Positions 20,375 through 29,950 of a stretch of 64,000 bases of DNA are shown one piece after another. Position 1 is the stretch's first letter, and the number at the start of each line of letters is the position of its first letter. The DNA lies in NCBI GenBank assembly GCA_965229215.1, contig OZ245864.1, positions 134,360 through 198,359 of the forward strand, written 5' to 3'. The DNA comes from Tagaea sp. (GTDB taxonomy: Bacteria > Pseudomonadota > Alphaproteobacteria > CACIAM-22H2). The translations under genes were made by a program, and so were the position numbers. The notes beneath the pieces were generated by a model. That model was not told where the DNA came from. It was given only the letters and a program-made list of their open reading frames with translations, and did no database searches.

Positions 20375-21727
20375 ATGGGTATCGAGTTCCACACGTCGAC
20401 CATCACCGAGAAGGTCTATGACCGCCTGCGCGCCGACATCATCTTCGGTCGCCTGGCGCCGGGCCGCCGGCTGCGCCTCGACGGGCTGACGCAGGATTAC
20501 GGGGCGAGCGTCAGCACGCTGCGCGAGATCCTGAACCGCCTCGCTTCCGACGGGTTCGTCGTCGCCGAAGGCCAGCGCGGCTTCGGCGTGGCGCCGGTGT
20601 CGATGGCGGATTTCCAGGAAATCGCCTCGCTGCGCCTGCTGCTCGAGACGCACGCGATCCGCCTGTGCTTCGCGGCCGGCGACGTCGAGTGGGAAGGCGC
20701 GGTCGCCGCCGCGCATCACAAGCTCGACGCGATGGAACGGCGCATGATCGCGGGCGAGCGCGGCGTCACCGAACAGTGGAAGCGCTACGACCGCGAGTTC
20801 CACCAGGCGCTGATCGCCGGCTGCGGCTCGCAGACGCTGCTCGACATCTATGCCGGCGTCTACGACCGCTACCTGCGCTACCAGATGGTCGCGGTGATCT
20901 TCCGCGGCTCGGTCGCGGCCGACGAGCATCAGGCGCTGCTCGACTGCGCGCTGCGCCGCGACGCCGACGCGGCCATTGCGATCCTGCGCGCGCATATCGA
21001 CGGCTGCGTGGCGCACACAAGGTCGGGCGGCCTGCTTGCACCGGGCGGCGCGCATGCGCCCGCCGCCGAGGCCGGCGCCGAGACCGTCGCCGACAACGCC
21101 TACCGGCGCATCCGCGCCGACATCCTGTCGGGCAGCCTTGCGCCGGGACAGAAACTGAAGCTCGACGCGCTCAAGTCGGGCTACGCCACGAGCGTCAGCA
21201 CGCTGCGCGAGATCCTGAACCGCCTCGCCTCCGAGCGGCTGGTCGTCGCCGAGGGGCAGAGGGGCTTCCACGTCGCCCCCGTCTCTGTCGCGAGCCTGAA
21301 GGAGATCGCGGCCCTGCGGCAACTCCTCGAATGCCACGCGCTGGAACAGTCGTTCGCGGCGGGCGACATCGAGTGGGAAGGGGGCGTCGTCGCCGCCCAC
21401 CACAAGCTCGCGCGCATGGAAGAACGCATGGCGGCGGGCGACGCAGGCGCGACGGCGGCGTGGAAGCGCTACGACTGGCAGTTCCACCAGTCGCTGATCT
21501 CGGCCTGCGGGTCGAAGGCGCTGATCGACGCGCACGCGGCCGTTTTCGACCGCTACCTGCGCTACCAGATGACGGCGCTCAGCTATCGCGGCGACATCGC
21601 CTCGGGCGAGCACCGGCAGATGCTGGAATGCGCGCTGACGCGCGACTCGGCGACCGCGTGCGCGGCGTTGCGCCGCCATGTCGAGGGCGGCGTCGCGCAC
21701 GCGCTCGCGACAGGGACGATCCGCTAG
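20375..21727 (+). CDS. GntR/FadR-family regulator made of two tandem complete wHTH+FCD modules
   Basis: One uninterrupted 450-aa frame. Residues about 10-215 and about 225-440 are paralogous: both contain SVSTLREILNRLAS...VAEGQRGF..VAPVS..., HHKL..ME.RM and RYLRYQM. Divergent from dctP. Confidence 0.8.
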   Translation: MGIEFHTSTITEKVYDRLRADIIFGRLAPGRRLRLDGLTQDYGASVSTLREILNRLASDGFVVAEGQRGFGVAPVSMADFQEIASLRLLLETHAIRLCFAAGDVEWEGAVAAAHHKLDAMERRMIAGERGVTEQWKRYDREFHQALIAGCGSQTLLDIYAGVYDRYLRYQMVAVIFRGSVAADEHQALLDCALRRDADAAIAILRAHIDGCVAHTRSGGLLAPGGAHAPAAEAGAETVADNAYRRIRADILSGSLAPGQKLKLDALKSGYATSVSTLREILNRLASERLVVAEGQRGFHVAPVSVASLKEIAALRQLLECHALEQSFAAGDIEWEGGVVAAHHKLARMEERMAAGDAGATAAWKRYDWQFHQSLISACGSKALIDAHAAVFDRYLRYQMTALSYRGDIASGEHRQMLECALTRDSATACAALRRHVEGGVAHALATGTIR

Positions 21728-21731
21728 GCCG

Positions 21732-23024
21732 TCAGCTTCCCCAGATTTCCTTCGCGGCCGAGGCGTACCAGCCGTGCGTATAGCTCGCCTCGTTGTGGCG
21801 GAAGGCGGCCGCGTCGGCCGGCGTGCGCGGGCTGACGCCGCCCGCACCCTGCACGGCGACGATGCCCTGTGCCGTCGCGCGGAAGATATCGGCGACCGAG
21901 ATGCCGTAATCCGGCCCCACCAGCGAATAGCAGGTGTTGGCGTAGACCGGCGCTTCGGCCGGCCGGCCGTTGATCGACGCGGCGATGGCGCGCGCCACGA
22001 ACTTCGCCTGGCTCGACGCCGCGAAGCCCGATTTCGGCATCGCCCCCGCGATCGACGCGTCGCCGATCACGTGGATGTTCTTGTGCAGCGTGGACTCGAA
22101 CGTGAACGGGTTGACCGGGCACCAGCCGGCCTCGTTGGCCAGCCCCGTATCGCGCGCGATCTTGCCGGCGAACTGCGGCGGGATCACGTTGGCGACCGCG
22201 ACCTTGTGTTTCTGCCCGAACTCGCTGACGAGCGTGAGGTCGCCCGGGATCACCTCGACGATCTTGCCGTCCTTGCCCAGCGGCACCCATTCGATCAGGC
22301 CGGGATAGAGGGCGGCCCAGCCGTCCTGGAACAGCGGCTGCTTGGAGAAAGCGTCCTTGGAATCCAACGCCAGGATCTTCGAGCGCGGCTTCGTCGTCTT
22401 CAGGTAGTGCGCGATCATCGAGATGCGTTCGTACGGCCCGGGCGGGCAGCGGAACGGGTTCGCCGGAATCGACAGGGCGACCACGCCGCCGTCTTGCATC
22501 GCCTCAAGCTGCTGGCGCAGCAGAACCGTCTGCGGGCCGGCCTGCCAGGAATGCGGCATGCGCGCCGAAGCGGCTTCGTCGTAGCCCTGGATCGCGCCCC
22601 AGCGCAGGTCGATGCCCGGCGACACGACGAGCCGGTCGTAGGCGAAGCTCTGCCCGCCTGCGGTGCGCACCGTGCGCGCCACGGGATCGATCGCGACCGC
22701 GAAGTCGCGCACATGGCGCACGCCGTGCGTTCCGGTGAGGGCCGCGTAGCCGTGCGTGATGTCGGACATCTTCCTGATGCCGGCGAGCACGTAGTTCGAG
22801 CCGGGGCAGGTCTGGAATTCCGACTTCGGCTCGATCAGCGTGACCGCGATGCCGGGATCTTCCAGGCGGATGAACTTCGCGGCCGTGGCGCCGCCGAAGC
22901 CGCCGCCGATGACGACGACGCGCGCCTTGGCGTTGGCGTCGCTCTGCACGGCGCAGGCGGAAAGGGCGGAGGCGGCCAGCAGCGAACCTGTGAAGCCGCG
23001 GCGGGAAAGCAGGGTGCGGGTCAT
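21732..23024 (-). CDS. fccB: flavocytochrome c sulfide dehydrogenase flavoprotein subunit (FccB/SoxF-like, Tat signal)
   Basis: Start at MTRTLLSRRGFTGSLLAASALSA (ATG 23022-23024, AAGGAG RBS). FAD-binding VVVIGGGFGG motif. Confidence 0.8.
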   Translation of the reverse strand: MTRTLLSRRGFTGSLLAASALSACAVQSDANAKARVVVIGGGFGGATAAKFIRLEDPGIAVTLIEPKSEFQTCPGSNYVLAGIRKMSDITHGYAALTGTHGVRHVRDFAVAIDPVARTVRTAGGQSFAYDRLVVSPGIDLRWGAIQGYDEAASARMPHSWQAGPQTVLLRQQLEAMQDGGVVALSIPANPFRCPPGPYERISMIAHYLKTTKPRSKILALDSKDAFSKQPLFQDGWAALYPGLIEWVPLGKDGKIVEVIPGDLTLVSEFGQKHKVAVANVIPPQFAGKIARDTGLANEAGWCPVNPFTFESTLHKNIHVIGDASIAGAMPKSGFAASSQAKFVARAIAASINGRPAEAPVYANTCYSLVGPDYGISVADIFRATAQGIVAVQGAGGVSPRTPADAAAFRHNEASYTHGWYASAAKEIWGS

Positions 23025-23035
23025 GGGGATCTCCT

Positions 23036-23356
23036 TCAGCGCCAGTTGGCCGAGATTTCCTTGGCGATCGCGACGATCTCGTCGTCGCTGAATCCCTTGG
23101 CGTGGCGGTTCATCACCGTCGCCGGACGGCGGTCGGTCTTGAACTCCTGCATCGCCTGGACGATCTGCGCCTCGGTGCGCCCGAAGATCGACGGGATCTC
23201 GCCGGCACTGCGCCCGGCGGGTCCGTGGCATCCCGAGCAGGTCGCCGCGAGCGTGCGGCCGCTGGGCGGTGGCGGGGTCTGCGCGTGTGCGGCCGTGGCG
23301 GAAGCTGCGACAAACAGCCCCAGCGCGAAAGCCAAATGGCGGATCGGGTGCTTCAT
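23036..23356 (-). CDS. fccA: monoheme cytochrome c subunit (FccA/SoxE-like)
   Basis: Signal peptide and a single CSGCH heme motif. ATG 23354-23356 with AGGAAGGAA RBS. Its stop is 11 nt before fccB. Confidence 0.75.
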   Translation of the reverse strand: MKHPIRHLAFALGLFVAASATAAHAQTPPPPSGRTLAATCSGCHGPAGRSAGEIPSIFGRTEAQIVQAMQEFKTDRRPATVMNRHAKGFSDDEIVAIAKEISANWR

Positions 23357-23523
23357 TTCCGGCGTTCCTTCCTGAATTTCCATTCAGTTCAGGCGAGTAT
23401 GGGGGTGCTTCGGCGTCGTTGGCAAGCCGTGCGGCCTGTGTAGTCCGAAGCGGACCTGCCCGACAATCCAACGTTTCTAAACGCCTCCTTTAGTTTGACG
23501 GTGGGCTTGGGTACAACAAACGG

Positions 23524-24573
23524 ATGCTCGTCGATCTCGCCCTCAGTTTCGCGACCCCGCACGGCCGCGATCCGCAGCCCGCGTTCGAGGACTATATCGC
23601 GCTGGCCCGCGAGGCCGACCGTGCGGACTTCGCCGGCGTGTGGGTCGCCGAGGCGCATTTCCAGGGCGATTTCTCGAAGGCGGCATGCCCGGACATGCTG
23701 CTGGCGGCGCTGGCGCGCGAGACGCGCAATCTCCAGCTCGGCTACGGCGTTTTCCCGATGCCGATCCACGACCCGCTGCGCGTGGCCGAGACGCTGGCGA
23801 CGCTCGACCTGCTGTCGAACGGCCGGGCAATGTGGTGCATCGGACGCGGCATCGCGGCGGAGGAACTGCGCGGCTTCGGCGTCGAATACGACCAGGCGCT
23901 GGCACGCATGATCGAGGGGCTGGGCGAGCTCCGGAACATCCTGATGCGCGGCGAGATCGAGCGCTTCGGCGTGCGCGCGACGGTCAACCCCACGCCCAAT
24001 GCGCGGCTCGTGCGCGGCTGGATGGCGTGCATCAGCGCGAAGACCTTCGATCTGGCCGCCGACCTCGGCATGGACGCGCGCTGCGGCCCGTTCGAGCCGT
24101 GGGGAATCGCCGTGCAGAACCTCGCGCGCTACCGCGAGCGCTATCCGCAGGGGCAGACTGCTTTCACGCTGGGCGCCTTCGTCCACGAGGACCGCGCCGA
24201 GGCGCGCCGCCTCGCGGGGCCGGGCCTCGGATGGATCTACCGGCGCATCCTCGACGTTTCGGGAAATCTCCTGAAGACGCAGATCGAGACCGACGAGGCG
24301 TTCGCCGCCTTCCGCTGGATGGTGCCGCTGATCGAGCGGCCGGTCTCGCTGCCGGCCCTCGAAGCGCTGGGGCTGGCGGTCGTCGGCACGCCCGACGATC
24401 TCGTGCGCCATCTTGAAAAGCTTGCCGCCGCGGGCCTCACGCGTGTCTCGCTGCTGCTGGGGGCGGGCGATGTGGCGCGCGACGCGCTGCTCGAATCCTG
24501 CCGGCTGATCGGCGCCAAGGTGCTGCCGCGCGTGGCCGAGCCGCGGATCATCGCGGAGAATCTTCTCGCCTGA
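23524..24573 (+). CDS. LLM-class (luciferase-like) flavin-dependent monooxygenase
   Basis: 349-aa TIM-barrel luciferase-like monooxygenase sequence. Confidence 0.8.
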   Translation: MLVDLALSFATPHGRDPQPAFEDYIALAREADRADFAGVWVAEAHFQGDFSKAACPDMLLAALARETRNLQLGYGVFPMPIHDPLRVAETLATLDLLSNGRAMWCIGRGIAAEELRGFGVEYDQALARMIEGLGELRNILMRGEIERFGVRATVNPTPNARLVRGWMACISAKTFDLAADLGMDARCGPFEPWGIAVQNLARYRERYPQGQTAFTLGAFVHEDRAEARRLAGPGLGWIYRRILDVSGNLLKTQIETDEAFAAFRWMVPLIERPVSLPALEALGLAVVGTPDDLVRHLEKLAAAGLTRVSLLLGAGDVARDALLESCRLIGAKVLPRVAEPRIIAENLLA

Positions 24574-24663
24574 CCGTCCGGCCGGTTGGCGCGCATTGAC
24601 GTTCGCGGCCCCGGACTGGCAGTCTCCCGCCGGCCACATAAAAACCGAACGGGGAGACTTGAG

Positions 24664-25701
24664 ATGACCGGCAATTCCGTCCGCCTTGCGGCCTTCGCGG
24701 CCGCGATGCTCGCCGCCCAATCCGTCCTCGCGCAAGCCGCCTTCGCGCAGGCGCCCCAGCCGGTCAAGTTCGCGCTCGACTGGGCACTGCAGGGCAACCA
24801 CGCCGTCTTCTCGATGGCCGTCGACAAGAACCATTTCGCACGCGAGGGAATGGTCGTCACGATGGACCGCGGCTTCGGTTCGGGCGACACGGTCACCAAG
24901 GTCGCCTCGGGCGCCTACGACATCGGCTATGCCGACCTCAACACCGTCATCCCGTTCAACGCCAATCCGGCCAACACGAACAAGATCACAGGCGTGCTGC
25001 TGGTGATGGACCAGTCGCTCGCCGCCGTGATCCTGCGCAAGGGTGCGGTCGCCAATCCCAAGGGCCTCGAGGGGCGCAAGCTCGCCGCCCCCGAAGCCGA
25101 TGCCGGGCGCATGCTGTTCCCCGCCTTCGCGCGTGCGCAGGGCATCGATGCCTCGAAGATCGTCTGGCAGACCGTCACGCCGCAGCTGCGCGAGACGCTG
25201 CTGGTGCAGAAGCAGGTCGACGGCGTGACCGGCTTCATCTCGACCAGCGTGTTCAACATCAAGATGGCGGGCGTGCAGCCCTCCGAGCTGATGGTCTACC
25301 GCTACAACGAATACGGCGTCGACCTGCTGGGCTCGGCGCTGATCGTCAGCCAGTCCTTCGCGGCGAAGAACCCCGAGCTGGTGCGCAAGTTCGTGCGCGC
25401 CTCCATCGCGGGCATCCGCGACGCGCTCGCCGACCCGAAGGCGGGCATGCTGCAGCTCAAGCAGCGCGATCCGCTGTTCAGCGAGGCGATCGAGCTCGAA
25501 CGCTTCGAGATGGTGCGGGATCTCACGATGCTCACCGACAACGTGAAGCGCAACGGCCTGTCGTCGGTGACCGCCGACCGGCTGGCGAAGTCGGTCGCGA
25601 CGGTGGCGGAAGCCTACGACGTCGCGGGCAAGGTCAACCCGGCCGACGTCTATACCGACGCCTTCCTGCCGCCGGCGGCCGAGCGCCGGCTCGTTCCCTG
25701 A
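24664..25701 (+). CDS. ABC-type NMT1/SsuA/TauA-like periplasmic substrate-binding protein
   Basis: Start at MTGNSVRLAAFAAAMLAAQSVLAQA (ATG 24664, GGGGAG RBS). No permease or ATPase gene lies adjacent. Confidence 0.75.
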   Translation: MTGNSVRLAAFAAAMLAAQSVLAQAAFAQAPQPVKFALDWALQGNHAVFSMAVDKNHFAREGMVVTMDRGFGSGDTVTKVASGAYDIGYADLNTVIPFNANPANTNKITGVLLVMDQSLAAVILRKGAVANPKGLEGRKLAAPEADAGRMLFPAFARAQGIDASKIVWQTVTPQLRETLLVQKQVDGVTGFISTSVFNIKMAGVQPSELMVYRYNEYGVDLLGSALIVSQSFAAKNPELVRKFVRASIAGIRDALADPKAGMLQLKQRDPLFSEAIELERFEMVRDLTMLTDNVKRNGLSSVTADRLAKSVATVAEAYDVAGKVNPADVYTDAFLPPAAERRLVP

Positions 25702-25702
25702 A

Positions 25703-26095
25703 CTAGAAGTCCGCGCGCCAGGCGGCGATCGAGCGCTTGTAGCCTTCGGGCATGGCGAGTCCCGCGATCTCCGCCGGCGCGAACAGCCCGAGCGCCTTGT
25801 GCTCGTGGCTGAGGCGCGGAACCACGCCCGTCAGCGGCGCGCAGGCGTAGGTGACGATCAGCACGTCGCCCGCGCCCTTGATGTCGTAGAGCCATGAATC
25901 GAGGATGCGCGTGACGCGCGCGGCGAGACCCAGTTCCTCGTCGATTTCGCGCAGGCATGCGGCGACCGGATCCTCGCCCGCCTCGAGCCGCCCGCCGGGC
26001 AGTTCCCATTCCGCGCGCTCGTTGCGCAGCAGGCAGAATTTCCCGTCGACCGCCACCACGCCCTTGACCGAGACGGGGAAGCGGGGCGGGCTCAT
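25703..26095 (-). CDS. NUDIX hydrolase
   Basis: Nudix box GGRLEAGEDPVAACLREIDEELG. ATG 26093-26095 overlaps the YeeE-like stop in an ATGA junction. Confidence 0.8.
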   Translation of the reverse strand: MSPPRFPVSVKGVVAVDGKFCLLRNERAEWELPGGRLEAGEDPVAACLREIDEELGLAARVTRILDSWLYDIKGAGDVLIVTYACAPLTGVVPRLSHEHKALGLFAPAEIAGLAMPEGYKRSIAAWRADF

Positions 26096-27192
26096 GCGCG
26101 CGCGAAGACCGCCTTGAGGGCCCCGGACAGCGTGCCTTCTTCCAGATAGCGCAGGCCGAGCACGCCGCCCGCGAGGATGGCGAGGATGGCGATCACGGAG
26201 CCGGCCGCCAGCGTCGAAAGTCCGGTGATGCCCTGGCCGATCGTGCAGCCCAGCGCCGTCACGCCGCCAGCGCCCATAAGTGCCGCGCCGGAGAGATGGC
26301 GCAGCAGGTCGCCTTTGTCGTTGAAGCTCTCGACGCGGAATTCGCCCGAGGCGCGCGCGGCGAAGAAAGCGCCGACGACCACGCCGAGCACGCCCGCGAC
26401 GCCGAAATTGATCTTCGCGCCGGTCCACGTGATCGCATAGACGAGCGTGTCGCCGATGGGCGCCACGAACGTGAACGAGGCGAGCTGGGCTGGATCGAAA
26501 TCGTCGTCGCCGACGATGCCGGTGATCGCCCAGCCCGCGACGACCAGCAGGCCGATGCCGATGCCGGCGACGATGTCGCGCGTGCTGGCGCGGAACGAAG
26601 CGTCCTTGAAGCAGTACCAGCCGAGGCCTGCGACCGCGATCCCGGCGATGGCCGTGCGTGCGCTTGCCAGCGCGATCCCGAGCTTCGCCGCGATCTCGGG
26701 CAGGCCCTGCGTGGCGAGGCCCGCGCGCTTCAGGTCGATCGCGGTCGTCTCGATGGTCGCCACGCGCAGCGCGCCGGTGAGGCCGCGCAGCGTCATGTAG
26801 GCGAAGAGGCCGAGGACGAGGAACACGACGAGGCTCTTGAGATTGCCGGCACCCAGCCGGACGAGCGTGCGGCTGCCGCAGCCACCCGCCAGCGTCATGC
26901 CGAAGCCGAACATCAGCCCGCCGACGATACCGCCGAGCCAGCCGAGGCCGGGGGCGAGATAGATCGACTTGCCCAGATCGATCAGGCCGGCGGCGTGCAA
27001 TGTCTGGCTGCCGGCGATCGCGACGGCCATGGCGAGCAGCCAGGCCCTCATGCGGTTGTAATTTTCGAGGAACAGGATGTCGGATAGCGCGCCCATCGTG
27101 CAGAAATTGGTGCGCTGCGCGATCGCGCCGAACGCGATACCGGCGGCGAAGGCCCAGAGGGCGACAAGCTGGTGAACGGGGAGGTCGGACAT
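26092..27192 (-). CDS. YeeE/YedE family sulfur-compound (thiosulfate) transporter
   Basis: Start at MSDLPVHQ. Polytopic protein with conserved Cys in the two halves (NFCTMGA, GGCGSRT, LGCTIGQ). Confidence 0.8.
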   Translation of the reverse strand: MSDLPVHQLVALWAFAAGIAFGAIAQRTNFCTMGALSDILFLENYNRMRAWLLAMAVAIAGSQTLHAAGLIDLGKSIYLAPGLGWLGGIVGGLMFGFGMTLAGGCGSRTLVRLGAGNLKSLVVFLVLGLFAYMTLRGLTGALRVATIETTAIDLKRAGLATQGLPEIAAKLGIALASARTAIAGIAVAGLGWYCFKDASFRASTRDIVAGIGIGLLVVAGWAITGIVGDDDFDPAQLASFTFVAPIGDTLVYAITWTGAKINFGVAGVLGVVVGAFFAARASGEFRVESFNDKGDLLRHLSGAALMGAGGVTALGCTIGQGITGLSTLAAGSVIAILAILAGGVLGLRYLEEGTLSGALKAVFARA

Positions 27193-27266
27193 CGCGCGAA
27201 TGTAGCCCTTGCCCGGATTGCGCGACAACCCGTAAGGTTTCCCGCCCTTTTTCAAGGTTTGCCGCG

Positions 27267-27494
27267 ATGACCGTTACGACTCTTGACGTCAAAGGCCTCA
27301 ACTGTCCGCTGCCCGTGCTGCGCGCGAAGAAGACGTTCGGCGCGCTGCCGGCCGGCGGCACGCTGCGCGTGCTGGCGACCGACCCGGGTGCCACGAAGGA
27401 TTTCGAGGCTTTCTGCCGCGCGACCGGCGCCACGCTTTCGAGCGTCAGCGAGGCCGACGGGGTCTTCACGTTCGAGATCACCAAGGCGCCCTGA
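27267..27494 (+). CDS. TusA-like sulfurtransferase (SirA/YedF/YeeD family)
   Basis: 75-aa protein with CPxP motif (LNCPLPVL). Divergent from the YeeE-like gene. Confidence 0.8.
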   Translation: MTVTTLDVKGLNCPLPVLRAKKTFGALPAGGTLRVLATDPGATKDFEAFCRATGATLSSVSEADGVFTFEITKAP

Positions 27495-27563
27495 TCCGGG
27501 CATGCCCGCCATGCCGGATTGGCGGGGGCCGCCGGCAGCGGACGCCGTGCTAGCGTCGCGTCC

Positions 27564-28475
27564 ATGATCGAACGCCAGCACCGCAGCGAGGGCCTCTGGC
27601 TGCTCGCCCTTCTCGCGATCTTCTGGGGCGCCAACTGGCCGGCGATGAAGCTCGCCGTGGGCGAGCTGGGGCCGTGGACCTTCCGCGTCGTGTGCGTCTA
27701 TGTCGGCGCAGGCGGGCTGTTCGCGATCGCGAAGCTGCGCGGCATCCCGATGGGCCTGCCGCGCGGGCGCGAGGCCATCTTCGCCGTGACGGCGATTCTC
27801 AACGTCGCAATCTGGCAGGTGACGTCGGCCTACGGGCTCAAGTTCATGTCGGCCGGGCGCGCGGTGCTCGTCGCCTTCACGATGCCGCTGTGGGCAGCCG
27901 TGTTCGGCGCGCTGTTTGCGGGCGACAAATTCACGCCGCGCAAGACGCTGGCGCTGGGGCTCGGCGTCGCCGGGCTCGGCCTGCTCGCACTTCCCGCGAG
28001 CGACACGCTGGCCAATTCGCTCGCGGGCCTGACACTGATGCTGGCCGCGGCCGTGGGCTGGGCGGCGGGCACGGTCACGCTCAAGGCGCAGCGCTTTCCG
28101 ATGTCGGCGGTGACGCTGACGGCGTGGCAGCTCGCCATCGCCGGCCTGCCGCTGGTCGTCGGCATGGTGTGGTTCGAGATCCTCGGGCCCGAAGGCGCGA
28201 TCCTGCCCAAGGGGGCGTTCTCGCTGCAGGGCTTCCTCGGCACGGCCTATGCCGCGTCGGTGCCGATGATCTTCTGCCACTGGGCCTGGTTCCGCACGCT
28301 CGAGATCCTGCCCGCGTCGGTCGCCTCGATCGGCACGCTGGCCGTGCCCGTCGTCGGCGTGCTGTCGTCGGCGCTGCTGCTGGGCGAGGCGGTGGGCTGG
28401 GCGGAATTCCTCGCGATGGTCTGCGTGGTCGCGGCGCTGGCGCTCGCCCTGCTGTCGCCGCCCGAACGGGCCTAG
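27564..28475 (+). CDS. EamA/DMT family transporter
   Basis: Ten TM helices with a duplicated EamA domain pattern. Confidence 0.75.
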   Translation: MIERQHRSEGLWLLALLAIFWGANWPAMKLAVGELGPWTFRVVCVYVGAGGLFAIAKLRGIPMGLPRGREAIFAVTAILNVAIWQVTSAYGLKFMSAGRAVLVAFTMPLWAAVFGALFAGDKFTPRKTLALGLGVAGLGLLALPASDTLANSLAGLTLMLAAAVGWAAGTVTLKAQRFPMSAVTLTAWQLAIAGLPLVVGMVWFEILGPEGAILPKGAFSLQGFLGTAYAASVPMIFCHWAWFRTLEILPASVASIGTLAVPVVGVLSSALLLGEAVGWAEFLAMVCVVAALALALLSPPERA

Positions 28476-29107
28476 TCGGCGGCGATCTTGTCCGGCGGAT
28501 TGGCGGCGGCGCGCGCGGCGGCCTTCCTGGCCTGCCGACGGTGCACGAGATACAGGATCGATGCCGAGAACACGAACACGCCGAACATGATGTAGAGGAA
28601 GTTGTCGGCGATATCGCCCATCGCCGCCTCGAGCGCATGGCCGAAGATGTAGCCGAAGCCGGCGAACGAGAACGCCCAGACGAACGCGGCGATGAAATTC
28701 AGGACCGCGAAGCGCAGCGGGTGCACGCGCGCCATGCCCATCGCGAACGAGGCGAAGTTCCGCACGCCGTAGACGAAACGGAACGACAGGATGAACCATT
28801 TGTCGTAGCGCTGGAGCATCTCGAGCGCGCCGTCCACGCCCGCCCGCCAGTTCGGCCGGCGTTCGAGGATCTGCGTGCCGTAGCGCCGCCCCAGCCAGAA
28901 CCACATCTGGTCGCCGCTGAAGCTGCCGAGCCAGGCCGTGAGGACGAGAAGCCAGAAATGGAGCGTGCCCTGCTGGGCGGCGGCGCCCGCGAAGATCACG
29001 AAGGTTTCGCCCTCGAGGAACGTCCACAGGAAGATCACGACGTAGACGAGCGTGCCGTACTGGCTGACCATGCTCTGGATGTCGTTCGAAAATTCCAAGA
29101 AACCCAT
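28472..29107 (-). CDS. DedA family membrane protein
   Basis: VTT/SNARE-associated domain (GETFVIFAG...GRRYG). Convergent overlap with the EamA gene. Confidence 0.85.
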   Translation of the reverse strand: MGFLEFSNDIQSMVSQYGTLVYVVIFLWTFLEGETFVIFAGAAAQQGTLHFWLLVLTAWLGSFSGDQMWFWLGRRYGTQILERRPNWRAGVDGALEMLQRYDKWFILSFRFVYGVRNFASFAMGMARVHPLRFAVLNFIAAFVWAFSFAGFGYIFGHALEAAMGDIADNFLYIMFGVFVFSASILYLVHRRQARKAAARAAANPPDKIAAD

Positions 29108-29213
29108 CCCGACCGGTTTGTGGTATCGTGATCGTCCGTCCCGTTTCGTGGGGCGACGTTAGCACGTCCGCATGCCCGTGAAAGGTTTACGGGCGATCTG
29201 CCGGAGAGGATCG

Positions 29214-29456
29214 ATGGGCCTTCGTCTTATTGCCGTCACGTTCGCCGCGGCGCTTGCGTTTGCGGGGCAGGCGCATGCCGAAGACCCGCGCCCGAACAGC
29301 TCGCCGCCGAAGGTCAACAAGGACGCGGACAACATCAACGCGGCGAACCCGCGCGTGTTCCATGCGGGTCCGGGCAAGCCGCTGCAGGGCGGCGTATGGA
29401 CGCCGCCTTCGGCAGTCGCGAAAAAGAACGAGAAGCCGGCCGCGGCCGGCCACTGA
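29214..29456 (+). CDS. small secreted hypothetical protein
   Basis: Signal peptide MGLRLIAVTFAAALAFAGQAHA with GGAGAGGA RBS. Confidence 0.4.
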   Translation: MGLRLIAVTFAAALAFAGQAHAEDPRPNSSPPKVNKDADNINAANPRVFHAGPGKPLQGGVWTPPSAVAKKNEKPAAAGH

Positions 29457-29461
29457 CCGGG

Positions 29462-29887
29462 TCAGGGGGCGGGCGTGCCCGCCGGTTCGGTCTGGAGCGC
29501 CGGCATCGCCGCGGGCGTCAGTTCGATGCATTCCGTCACGCCGCCGAGGGTGCGGGTGCAGCGATAGCGCGCATTGGGATCGGGCTTGGGTTCCGGCTGG
29601 CCATTGAAGCGGGCCAACTGGTCGCAGACGAGCGCGCGGTCGCCCGTCATGTACATGCCTTCGCAGCGTCCGGGCAGAAAGTTCGGGCCCAGCAGGATGG
29701 CCGCGCCGTAGGCGCCGGCGCCGATATGGTTGGTGTAGGGGGTCGTGAAGTTCTTGATCTTGTCCGGCACGGCGCTGAGTGGCGGGCTGCCGTGGAAGTT
29801 CGGCGTGTGCGTCGAGCACGCGGCAAGCCCCATGCCCAAGAGGAGCACGGCGGCGGCGGTCCGGATCTGGTGAGTTATCTTGAACAT
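29462..29887 (-). CDS. hypothetical lipoprotein
   Basis: Lipobox LLGMGLAAC after a signal peptide. Start at MFKITHQ. Confidence 0.5.
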   Translation of the reverse strand: MFKITHQIRTAAAVLLLGMGLAACSTHTPNFHGSPPLSAVPDKIKNFTTPYTNHIGAGAYGAAILLGPNFLPGRCEGMYMTGDRALVCDQLARFNGQPEPKPDPNARYRCTRTLGGVTECIELTPAAMPALQTEPAGTPAP

Positions 29888-29950
29888 GTCTAAAATTTGA
29901 ACCAAATTGATTAAGAAACCGTAAATCCCGGCAAATTTAGGCCGGTGCCG

